Of a stretch of 64,000 bases of DNA, positions 6,770 to 14,350 are shown piece after piece. The DNA lies in IMG/VR virus record IMGVR_UViG_3300049259_000288, positions 12,961 through 76,960 of that record. One strand, 5' to 3'. This DNA comes from a virus. The notes under the pieces were generated by a model, which was given only the letters and a program-made list of their open reading frames with translations, had not been told where the DNA came from and did not search any database. The translations under genes were made by a program, and so were the position numbers. Position 1 is the stretch's first letter. Each line of letters begins with the position of its first letter.

Positions 6770-6846
6770 TGGAGCCGAAGTCGGGAATCGAACCCGAGGC
6801 CTCACCCGTACCAGGGGTGCGCTCTACCAAACTGAGCTACGTCGGC
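6770..6846 (-). tRNA. tRNA-Thr(GGT)
   Basis: CACCC-CTGGTAC-GGGTG. Confidence 0.92.
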
Positions 6847-6847
6847 G

Positions 6848-6922
6848 TGGCGCCCACGACAGGACTCGAACCTGCAGCCTCGACCTCCGGAGGGTCGCGC
6901 TCTCCCATTGAGCTACGTGAGC
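6848..6922 (-). tRNA. tRNA-Arg(CCG)
   Basis: CGACC-CTCCGGA-GGTCG. Confidence 0.92.
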
Positions 6923-6949
6923 TACGTGCTACGTGAGCATCGTGCATTG

Positions 6950-7021
6950 CGTCCCAGAGAGGGGTCGAACCTCCAACCTACGGCTCCGTAGACCGTCGCT
7001 CTTCCATTGAGCTACCGGGAC
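6950..7021 (-). tRNA. tRNA-Arg(ACG)
   Basis: ACGGT-CTACGGA-GCCGT. Confidence 0.92.
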
Positions 7022-7122
7022 TCGCGGCGGGCGCTCTGCCACAGAGCTTCGCCGTCCTCGGATGCTGCGCGCAGCATCGTCATCGAACGGCGGCAGGAAT
7101 TGAACCTGCGCCTCCCGCCTCG
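7022..7122 (-). ncRNA. circularly permuted tRNA mimic (YrlA-like domain order)
   Basis: The 3' half (GCGGG, T-arm GCAGG-TTCAATT-CCTGC, CGCCGTT) precedes the 5' half (GACGGCG, D-arm GCTC..GAGC, CCCGC); the acceptor stem is capped by a hairpin. Confidence 0.8.
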
Positions 7123-7198
7123 CGCGGCTGACGGGATTTGAACCCGCGATCTCTTCCTTGACAGGGAAGTGAGGACGACCAGACTCCTCCACAGCTGC
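7123..7198 (-). tRNA. tRNA-Asp(GTC)
   Basis: CTTCC-CTGTCAA-GGAAG. Confidence 0.9.
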
Positions 7199-7203
7199 TT
7201 GGG

Positions 7204-7278
7204 TGCGCGATCAGGGACTCGAACCCTGCCTATGTCGGTTTAAGAGACCGCTGGTCCAGCCATCTGACCAAATCGCGC
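7204..7278 (-). tRNA. tRNA-Lys(CTT)
   Basis: CGGT-CTCTTAA-ACCG. Confidence 0.88.
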
Positions 7279-7283
7279 GTGAG

Positions 7284-7424
7284 GTGCGTGGAGTGGGCGC
7301 GGCGTGTGTGCCTGTTCTTCGATCGGTTTGGAACCCGGCCAGGCCCTCTGTCACGAGAGCCCACTTCCGTCGGTGACACGAACCGGGTGCGTTCTCGCAC
7401 GCCTCCATGTCGATCTCCACGCAC
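7284..7424 (-). ncRNA. ~140-nt rod-like RNA with potential pseudoknot
   Basis: 10-bp terminal stem GTGCGTGGAG/CTCCACGCAC; GGCGTG/CACGCC; loop GTGACA is complementary to upstream TGTCAC. Confidence 0.6.
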
Positions 7425-7427
7425 GAG

Positions 7428-7507
7428 TGGGCCCGGAGGGAATCGAACCCCCTGTGTCATTCGACGTCTGGGTTACAACCAGGTGCGCCCCATGGCGCGT
7501 CGGACCC
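7428..7507 (-). tRNA. tRNA-Tyr(GTA)
   Basis: CTGG-TTGTAAC-CCAG; variable arm GTC-GAAT-GAC. Confidence 0.85.
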
Positions 7508-7540
7508 GTGTGGCGAGGGTTGGCGCCCTCGCCCTATCTC

Positions 7541-7564
7541 GGCGTCTATGCGATTGTCAACGAG
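7541..7564. repeat. right arm of long-range inverted repeat; boxA-like on the minus strand
   Basis: Minus strand GCTCGTTGACAATCGCATAGACGCC pairs with the 2204-2226 arm. Confidence 0.85.
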
Positions 7565-7576
7565 CTGGTACTCAAG

Positions 7577-7648
7577 CAGGGGCGGGAGGGATCGAACCTC
7601 CGTTGCCGGTTTTGGAGACCGGAGTCCGTTCCACTGGACCACGCCCCC
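7577..7648 (-). tRNA. tRNA-Trp(CCA)
   Basis: CCGGT-CTCCAAA-ACCGG. Confidence 0.92.
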
Positions 7649-7652
7649 TGGG

Positions 7653-7907
7653 TGTTGCTGCGGTGAAAGGCAGCCGAGCAGCGGCGCCGGGTATCCCGAC
7701 GGCTGATCCGCTTCACTGGCTTGCCCTTCGATGTCCTGCGGTCTGTCGACCTACAGGTTCGACGGCGTTACCAGCTAACGCGGGTCCCCGGCTTATTCGC
7801 CGGGATGCGCTTGGCTTCGTACGTCACGCACGAAGGAAGCGCCTCGGGCGCGCCGGCGGACAGAGCGAATCGCTCTGTCCTCGCATCGGCGTGTGCCCGG
7901 TACAACA
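7653..7907 (-). ncRNA. ornate ~255-nt multibranched leader RNA of the tRNA operon
   Basis: Terminal TGTTG/CAACA stem, nested GCCGA/TCGGC, GCCGG/CCGGC, CCCGA/TCGGG, and at least five hairpins. Confidence 0.65.
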
Positions 7908-7915
7908 TCGACGCC

Positions 7916-7946
7916 ATCATGCCCACGTCTCGCGCCGCGCAGTCAA
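7916..7946 (-). promoter_or_regulatory. putative SigA-type promoter of the tRNA operon
   Basis: TTGACT-N19-CATGAT; predicted start coincides with the 5' end of the structured RNA. Confidence 0.5.
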
Positions 7947-7970
7947 TGAATTTCTCGCGATGATGTTCGT

Positions 7971-8156
7971 ATGAGGCTCATCGACCGGGCGACCGGCCAG
8001 CCGCCGGTGCTCCGGAACGGCTACTCCTTCTCCATCGAGACCATGCTCATCGAGGGCACGGAAGTCCCCGACGGCGTCGTCGGCGAGGACGTCGCGACCG
8101 CTCAGTCCTTGCGGACCTCCACGTACTTCACCTCGTACCGTGCACCAGGTGGGTGA
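7971..8156 (+). CDS. hypothetical protein
   Basis: Divergent from the tRNA operon; GC3-biased codons. Confidence 0.5.
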   Translation: MRLIDRATGQPPVLRNGYSFSIETMLIEGTEVPDGVVGEDVATAQSLRTSTYFTSYRAPGG

Positions 8157-8556
8157 CGTCGACCAGAAGGCGGAAGCCCGCGAGACGGTCGACGCGTTGC
8201 GCGGGCGGAGCGACTACGAGCTGGGGCTGCTCTGCACGGAGATCCTGCAGTCGCGCGCGCCGCGGCCGATCGAGAACCGCAAGGGACGCCGGTGCCGGTG
8301 GTGTGGCAACGGGATCGCGCCGGACGCGCCGGCGTACCGCATGTTCTGTCGTGACGTCTGCATCCAGGCGAAGCAGGACGCCATGGTGCGCGCCAACTGC
8401 GAGCACCTCGATTGGGTCGAGGCGCGCGACGCCTATGGCGAGTTCGAGCGGTGCGCGCGCTGCGGCATGGAGCGCACCGTCGAGGACCGTGTCATGGCCA
8501 TGCTGATCGCGCTCTTCCGGCCCATGGTCATCGTGCCGGTGGGCGAGTACCTCTAG
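8149..8556 (+). CDS. hypothetical Zn-finger protein
   Basis: CRWC...FCRDVC, CEH...CARC. Confidence 0.6.
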   Translation: MGDVDQKAEARETVDALRGRSDYELGLLCTEILQSRAPRPIENRKGRRCRWCGNGIAPDAPAYRMFCRDVCIQAKQDAMVRANCEHLDWVEARDAYGEFERCARCGMERTVEDRVMAMLIALFRPMVIVPVGEYL

Positions 8557-8566
8557 CCTTCCGGCC

Positions 8567-9040
8567 ATGCTGGATGCTGCGTACCTCGACCGTCGCCTCG
8601 GCGAGCGGCTCACCTTCCCGACCTTCCTCGCGTCGATCGGCGAGCCCCTCGAGGGCGACCGACTGCCCGACGGCGAGTGGACCTGGGTGACACTCGGTGG
8701 CTACGTGGAGCGGGCCCATGGCGCTATCGCGCCGCCGGCGGATCAGGTCGGCTTCCACGTCATGGAGTTCGTCACCGAGCTTGGCGATGCGGAGAACGTC
8801 GATCGGCTCATCGACCTCGCCGGCCAGCAGATCGACCGCGCCGTGCTCCTGCGGCTCAGCGCGCTCATCGCCGCGGGCTCGGGCTACCTCGTCGAGAACA
8901 TGGACGTCATGTACTCGATCGGGGCGCGCGAGACGAAGGTGTGGGAGGAGCCGATGAACTTCGAGTCGTCGGTCCTGCACTGGATGTGCCGGACCCCGGT
9001 GCGCCTGGCGATTGGGATGCCAGCGGGCGTTCCCGCCTGA
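8567..9040 (+). CDS. hypothetical protein
   Basis: ORF with phage-typical codon bias. Confidence 0.65.
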   Translation: MLDAAYLDRRLGERLTFPTFLASIGEPLEGDRLPDGEWTWVTLGGYVERAHGAIAPPADQVGFHVMEFVTELGDAENVDRLIDLAGQQIDRAVLLRLSALIAAGSGYLVENMDVMYSIGARETKVWEEPMNFESSVLHWMCRTPVRLAIGMPAGVPA

Positions 9041-9054
9041 GCATCCGCCCAGCG

Positions 9055-9076
9055 CGTCACGGCGCCCCCGTATCAT
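9055..9076 (+). promoter_or_regulatory. PafBC/RecA-NDp-like promoter
   Basis: CGTCA-N11-TATCAT in an intergenic gap. Confidence 0.55.
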
Positions 9077-9149
9077 CGGTGCGAGGTTGCACGCGGCAAA
9101 CCAACCGGTGGCCTCGGTAGCAGACGATTCGTCTCCCGAGGAGGGCCCT

Positions 9150-9392
9150 ATGGCCGAGCGAGTGCGTGCGAAGTTCTACGTGGCCGAGATCGGCAAGACG
9201 ACCTACGGCGGCAAGGTCGTGCTGCGCGCGGTGTCGCGCGGTGAGGACAACAAGCAGTGGGCGAACGCGACGCCCAGCGGCGAGATCACGCTGTCCATCC
9301 GCAACGAGCTGGCGCTCGAGGTGTTCGACGTGAACGACGAGTTCTACGTCGACTTCATCAAGGCGCCCAAGGGCGAAGAGGGGATGGGCTGA
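9150..9392 (+). CDS. conserved small phage protein
   Basis: GAGGAGG RBS; VRAKF...N..WA.ATPSG.I.L.I.N...F...EFYVDF. Confidence 0.75.
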   Translation: MAERVRAKFYVAEIGKTTYGGKVVLRAVSRGEDNKQWANATPSGEITLSIRNELALEVFDVNDEFYVDFIKAPKGEEGMG

Positions 9393-10144
9393 TGGCCTAC
9401 CCCGCCATCAACTGCAGGTTCATCACTCCCACCGGCTGGATCCGGCGCGTCACCGTCCACTGGAAGCGCCCCGAGGGGTGCCGGGTCGAGGCGGCGTACT
9501 GCAACGAGCGCCGCAACGTCGACGACGGACCGGGCATCCCGGCCGACGATGGGTGGCAGACCCAGCTGCCGGCGCCGTGGACGCCAGGCATGTGCGAGGA
9601 CTGCGCCAAGCCCTACGACGGCTCCGAGGCCCACGCCACGAGCATGGTCCAGATGCGGTGGAGCACCGAGAGCGGGCGGCCAGAGCCCGGCGACCTGCTC
9701 TACATCACCGAGGACATCCGCGAGATCGAGCGGATGATCCACGTCAACGGTCACACCCCTCACGAGGGGTGCGACCAGTGCGTGCCGGGGGCCGCGGGCC
9801 CGATGGCGTGCGGTGACCTGTGCTACGCCCGGTCAGCCGGCGAACCGGAGGATGCTCCGCAGCGGATCGCGACAGCTGGCTGGCACAACTGCGATGGCCG
9901 TCACCTGGTGTGCATCCTGCCGAACGGACACCCCTGGGACGTCGACGGCCGGGCCAACAACTGCACGATGCCGAACGAGCGGCTGCACCGCTGCTGGGTG
10001 CGACACGGCAGCCCGGAGAACCTGACCGTGCACGTCTCGAAGAACGGACCGTCCTGCGCCGCTGGCGCGGGGTCGATCCTCTCCGGCGACTACCACGGCT
10101 TCCTGCAGATGGCCAACGGGCGATCGACGCTGACCGCCGGATAG
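9392..10144 (+). CDS. Cys/His-rich hypothetical metal-binding protein
   Basis: WDVDGRANNC...HRCWVRHG...SCAAGAGSI...YHGFL. Confidence 0.7.
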   Translation: MAYPAINCRFITPTGWIRRVTVHWKRPEGCRVEAAYCNERRNVDDGPGIPADDGWQTQLPAPWTPGMCEDCAKPYDGSEAHATSMVQMRWSTESGRPEPGDLLYITEDIREIERMIHVNGHTPHEGCDQCVPGAAGPMACGDLCYARSAGEPEDAPQRIATAGWHNCDGRHLVCILPNGHPWDVDGRANNCTMPNERLHRCWVRHGSPENLTVHVSKNGPSCAAGAGSILSGDYHGFLQMANGRSTLTAG

Positions 10145-10422
10145 GTCTACGGTGCTCGTGGCGGCCGGCCTGCTTCCGCCGTGCAGGTCTGGCCGCCATC
10201 ATCACCTGGTGCGAGGGTTCCACCGCCAGTGATGCACGACTGCGTCCGGATCCGCGAGGAACTCCTGGGCGTCGCGCTCGCCGAGCTTGAGCACGCTGAG
10301 CACGTAGGGGTTGACCCGGCCCACGCCGACGCGCTGGATCAGGTAGGTGGTGCCGGCCTCGGTCCGGACGAGGTCACCCACCTGGGGCGGGTCCGCGTGC
10401 CAAGACGTCGCCGTCAGGCGCC

Positions 10423-10647
10423 TTAGCGATTCCGGCGCTTGGACTCCCGCTGCATCTTGCGGCGCGCCGCGCGCGCGTCGAGCTCCTTGGCGCCGAGCTT
10501 CACGCGTTGGGCGATGGCGTTGATCTCGTCCTCGGTGCCGAAGGCGAGGATGGCGCCCTCCATCGCCTTGCGCGCTGCCATCTCGTGCTTCGCCTCATCG
10601 AACGTCGTCGCTTCGAGCATCTCGACGTGGCCGTCGGGTTGGATCAT
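10423..10647 (-). CDS. hypothetical protein
   Basis: AGGAGG RBS; basic C-terminus. Confidence 0.65.
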   Translation of the reverse strand: MIQPDGHVEMLEATTFDEAKHEMAARKAMEGAILAFGTEDEINAIAQRVKLGAKELDARAARRKMQRESKRRNR

Positions 10648-10724
10648 CGGGTCCTCCTGTGCGTCTGGGGACCTGGTACCAGCCGATGACGGCCACCGCA
10701 GGGTGCGCTCAGGATAGGCCAGCC

Positions 10725-10750
10725 TGAAACGTCGAGGTCGGATAGCCGAT
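10725..10750 (+). promoter_or_regulatory. sigma-28-type late promoter
   Basis: TGAA-N16-GCCGATAG. Confidence 0.7.
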
Positions 10751-10785
10751 AGAGGGAACGAGAACTCACCCCGTGGAGGACTGAG

Positions 10786-11007
10786 ATGGCAGAAGGCGAC
10801 CGCCCGTTCGCGGGGACCCAGATCGGCAGCGACGGCAAGCGGTACGACACCGGCGATCAGCCGACGACCCGCGAGACGCCCAAGACCACCTACCAGGTGT
10901 TCGGCACGCCGTCGCCCGGCGACATCGTCTGGTGGAACCCCGACACCGAGCGCCTCGAGTTCACGGACTTCGACACGGCGTCGGCGTACGTCCCGTCGAG
11001 CAGCTAG
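10786..11007 (+). CDS. hypothetical late protein
   Basis: GGAGG RBS; downstream of the sigma-28-type promoter. Confidence 0.65.
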   Translation: MAEGDRPFAGTQIGSDGKRYDTGDQPTTRETPKTTYQVFGTPSPGDIVWWNPDTERLEFTDFDTASAYVPSSS

Positions 11008-11792
11008 CGAGTCGCTGGGTCGTACACCAGGGGCTCACCCTTGAGCCCCGCCTCGGGGTCGGGCGCGAAGAAGTGCTCGCGGAACCAGTCTGCGCACGCC
11101 TCGTCGCCGCGCTCTTCGGCGATGCCGCCGTACATGCGCCAGTGGGCGCCGGCTGAGTACGGCAGGTCCGTGGCGTCGTAGGCCGCCTTGCCGTTGATGG
11201 CCTTGCGCACGAACTGGGTGGCCGAGCGGTACGGGAAGTGGCGCACCTCGAGCACGCCGTCGATGCGCGTGGGCACCATGTTCGTGTAGTGGGCGCCGTG
11301 GTTGCCCTGCTCGATGACGAGGTCCTCGCGCCAGCGGCACGCCACCTTGGGAAGCCCGCCCGGCGTGACGCGACGCCATCCCATCCGGAGGAACGGCGAG
11401 GTCTCCTCGTCGTCGTCGAGGCCGGTGGCGACGTGGTCGTAGAGCGTGGCCGTGGCGATCCAGGTGTCGTCGGGGAGTGTGGCCAGTGCTTCGGCGACGC
11501 GCCGGTGTCCGTAGGCGAACCAGAGCTCATCGGCGTCGAAGGGCACGATCCAGTCGGCGCCGTACTGCACGACCGCCGCCTGTGCCAGGGCCGTCATCTT
11601 CTCGGACTGCCGGTAGGCCGGGTCGGGGTCCTCGAGCACGTCCACGCCGAGCTCGTCGAGGATGGCGCGCGTGCCATCGGTGGAGAGGTTGTCGGCGACG
11701 AGGACATGGTCGACCTGGTGCATCATCCAGGTCACCGAGTCGCGGATGACGTCCTCCTCGTCCTTCACCATGGAGATCGCGACCGTGGTCAT
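11004..11792 (-). CDS. glycosyltransferase family 2
   Basis: SMVKDEED...VADNLSTDGT...WIVPFDADE...HFPYRS. Confidence 0.9.
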   Translation of the reverse strand: MTTVAISMVKDEEDVIRDSVTWMMHQVDHVLVADNLSTDGTRAILDELGVDVLEDPDPAYRQSEKMTALAQAAVVQYGADWIVPFDADELWFAYGHRRVAEALATLPDDTWIATATLYDHVATGLDDDEETSPFLRMGWRRVTPGGLPKVACRWREDLVIEQGNHGAHYTNMVPTRIDGVLEVRHFPYRSATQFVRKAINGKAAYDATDLPYSAGAHWRMYGGIAEERGDEACADWFREHFFAPDPEAGLKGEPLVYDPATR

Positions 11793-12361
11793 GGCTTGGT
11801 CGCCAGGAAGATCGTCTCGACGCCGTACTGGGTCTGTGGGCTGTCGATCGTGGTGTGCGCCACGACGGCGCCAGCGGTTGCAAAGGCGTTCTCGATGTAG
11901 TCGGTCGGCAGCGACAGGTCGGGGACGCCAGGGTCTTCGTTCCACGCGATCTCATGGTCGTGCCACGCCGCGGGGAACTCGTCGCTCTGGTGCATCGGGG
12001 TGAAGATGATCAGCGCCATGCGCTCCCGGAACGACTCGATGGCGTTGGAGAGGATCTCGCGCCAGCGGTAGTCGTGCTCGAGGACGTGGCGGATGAAGAT
12101 CCCAGCCACGTCGCTGTGGTAAGTGGTGAGATCGGCGACCTCGTCGGCGAACGGCGAGTGCGAGCCGTCGATGCCGCGGTACCGCTCGGGCTCGACGAGC
12201 GTGCGCAACCAGCCCTTTCCGCACCCCCAGTCCTCGATCACGCTGCAACCGGCGAGGTGCTCGGCGCCGAGCTTGTAGGTGTCGGAGTCGCCGTAGGGCT
12301 GGGGCCCATCCTCCTCGCTCATCAGCGAGTACCAGCGGTCCCACTTCCCGACGTTGCTCAT
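11789..12361 (-). CDS. class I SAM-dependent methyltransferase
   Basis: IEDWGCGKG motif I; GID; RHVLEH. Confidence 0.85.
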   Translation of the reverse strand: MSNVGKWDRWYSLMSEEDGPQPYGDSDTYKLGAEHLAGCSVIEDWGCGKGWLRTLVEPERYRGIDGSHSPFADEVADLTTYHSDVAGIFIRHVLEHDYRWREILSNAIESFRERMALIIFTPMHQSDEFPAAWHDHEIAWNEDPGVPDLSLPTDYIENAFATAGAVVAHTTIDSPQTQYGVETIFLATKP

Positions 12362-13038
12362 CAGTAGCCCGTCCCTGCTCGTTCGTCGCCGATGTGCAGC
12401 ACCTTCGGGGGATCGAACTTCTTGCCCCAGAAGGCGAAGGGGCAGCCGCGTCGGTGCGTGAGCAGTCGGTGCGTGAACGCGCCCTCGCTGTGCTCGCCAT
12501 CAGGCCAGCCTTCGCGCAGCAGGGCGCGATGGTAGACGGACGGGTTCGTGGTGAAGAACCGGCGGTGTGCTGTCCACCACGACTCGCCGTCGCTCATCTG
12601 GAAGAAGTCCTGCGGGTTGGCCTCGATGATGCCGCCGGCGGCCCGCTCGATGTCGTTCCACGGCTGGCGCTTGAGGGCGACCTGGACGAGCTCACGCTGG
12701 CGGATCAGCAGGCGCTCCATGGCCACGACGTTGATGTCCTCGGTGAACACGAAGTCGTCCTCAAGGTGGAAGATGAAGTGCGAGTCGCTCGAGGCGAGGT
12801 AGGCCCAGGCTGAGCGGATGGCGCCGCCGAAGCCCGAGCGGCCGGGTGTCGAGATGATCGTGAACTGGGGGAACTGCTCGGCGAGCCACGCCCGGTAGTC
12901 CGGGTCGCCGGAGTCGTCGTGGATGATGCGCTCGGTGAACGGCAACGCCTCGGCGCGGAGGTGCACGAGCGCCGAGTGCAGCGTCCGGCTGATGCAGTCG
13001 CGACGGCCGTCGGTCATCACCAGCAGCGTCGTGCTCAT
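12361..13038 (-). CDS. GT-A fold glycosyltransferase
   Basis: LVMTDGR...IIHDDSGD...FIFHLEDDF...FTTNPS. Confidence 0.85.
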   Translation of the reverse strand: MSTTLLVMTDGRRDCISRTLHSALVHLRAEALPFTERIIHDDSGDPDYRAWLAEQFPQFTIISTPGRSGFGGAIRSAWAYLASSDSHFIFHLEDDFVFTEDINVVAMERLLIRQRELVQVALKRQPWNDIERAAGGIIEANPQDFFQMSDGESWWTAHRRFFTTNPSVYHRALLREGWPDGEHSEGAFTHRLLTHRRGCPFAFWGKKFDPPKVLHIGDERAGTGY

Positions 13039-13607
13039 CCCGCGGTCTCCCTCCCCGTGCGGCGCGCGTCGGTGTGCTTCGTGCGGTAGGTCCAGGTCAC
13101 CTTCGGGACCACCTCGAAGGCGCAGCCCAGCCGGTACATCTGCTTCCAGAGCTCCCAGTCCTCGTACGGCTTGTCGAGCGGGAAGCCGCCGGCGCTGAGG
13201 ACGGCGGAGCGCCGTGCCAGCACGGTGATGGGGAAGATGCCGTGCCGGCGCAGGTCGTTCCAGGCGAAGGGGCGGTTGTAGTAGCCCCCGCAGCACGCGA
13301 TCTCCGGGAGCGGCGGGCCCTCGAAGCGGCAGTGCGGGATCACCACGTCGACGCGGTTGTCCGCTGCGTGCGCGGCCAGCGTCTCGATGTGGTCGGTGTC
13401 CAGATGGTCGTCGTCGTCGAGGAAGGCGATCCAGGAGGTGGTAGCCGCCTCGACCAGCTGGTTGCGCGCCTCAGCGACCCCAACGCTGTCGTCCACGCAG
13501 ATGAGGTGCGCGGCTGCCTGGGTCTGGGCGCCGACGGAGGCGACTGCCTCGGCGAGCAGGGACGCGCGTCGAGGCAGCGACGCGGTGATGACGGTGACGT
13601 CGATCAT
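13035..13607 (-). CDS. glycosyltransferase family 2
   Basis: VTVIT...ARN...WIAFLDDDD...GGF...YEDWELW. Confidence 0.9.
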   Translation of the reverse strand: MIDVTVITASLPRRASLLAEAVASVGAQTQAAAHLICVDDSVGVAEARNQLVEAATTSWIAFLDDDDHLDTDHIETLAAHAADNRVDVVIPHCRFEGPPLPEIACCGGYYNRPFAWNDLRRHGIFPITVLARRSAVLSAGGFPLDKPYEDWELWKQMYRLGCAFEVVPKVTWTYRTKHTDARRTGRETAG

Positions 13608-14296
13608 GGCTCGATGGGCTCGAGGTGACGGGTGAAGGCGGCCAGACGCCGCTTCCGGATGTTCCAGGTGCGCGCGTCCATCCGCCACTGGGCCTTGCCC
13701 AGCTCGTAGGTCGGATCGCTCTCGGCCTTCTTCCAGGAGGGATGCACGTGCTCGACGATCGAGTCGGCGGCGAAGGCCCATGCCCGTCGGCGGATGGCGG
13801 TCTGGACCATCTCGACGTCACAGAAGTTGTGGTCGTATCCCTCGTGGTAGATCACGCCTGGCTGGTCGTAGGTGCCGTGCTCGAGGGCGTAGTCGCGTGT
13901 GACGATCGAGTGGGTGGCGTGGCGGCCAGCCACGACGTCGGGGTTGCCGAGGTCGTTCGTACCGACGACGCCGATGCCGTCGGCGAGCTTCGCCATGGCG
14001 GCCTCTAGCCAGCCGGGGGAGAACACGAGGTCGTCGGCGCCGGTGAAGATCAGCGGCTCCGTCGAGGCGCGCATCCCGGCGTTGATCTTGCGGGCGTAGT
14101 CGCCGGGCTGGCGGTCCGCCGAGGGCGTGATGTAGTCGGCGCCGGCGCGCGCCAGGGCTTCGATCTCAGGCCTGTCGGTGCCGGTGGCGACGAAGAGGAG
14201 CCGGAAGCCCGTCGTCGCCCTGGAGACGCTCTCGATGAACGGAACGATCCGTTCTGGCCGGTTCAGCACCGGGACGACGATGCAGACGTTGGCCAC
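13604..14296 (-). CDS. glycosyltransferase family 2
   Basis: IVVPVLNRP...KINAG...IFTGADD...HNFCD...VEH.HP. Confidence 0.88.
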   Translation of the reverse strand: MANVCIVVPVLNRPERIVPFIESVSRATTGFRLLFVATGTDRPEIEALARAGADYITPSADRQPGDYARKINAGMRASTEPLIFTGADDLVFSPGWLEAAMAKLADGIGVVGTNDLGNPDVVAGRHATHSIVTRDYALEHGTYDQPGVIYHEGYDHNFCDVEMVQTAIRRRAWAFAADSIVEHVHPSWKKAESDPTYELGKAQWRMDARTWNIRKRRLAAFTRHLEPIEP

Positions 14297-14350
14297 GGGC
14301 CGAGGGTATGGATGCGCTGGCCGTCGTAGTGGGATGCCTACTGTGCGGCG

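Noticed and set aside
6911-6938. GCTACGTG tandem repeats as a CRISPR or regulatory array
   Set aside because: A short slippage-type duplication of the tRNA-Arg 5' end with no spacers. No CRISPR array or cas gene was seen in the window.
3724-7650. tRNA-associated HDV-like (theta) ribozymes in the spacers
   Set aside because: No spacer shows the P1/P3-L3 (TYCHCG)/J4-2 pattern by eye. A descriptor search would be decisive.
7653-7907. tmRNA, RNase P RNA or self-splicing intron
   Set aside because: No tRNA-like GGGG..CCA ends, no GAGGAAAGTC-type P4 motif and no intron core motifs.
3739-7974. Numerous ORFs listed across the tRNA array
   Set aside because: Spurious translations of tRNA/ncRNA sequence. 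Only 5023-5145 is retained.
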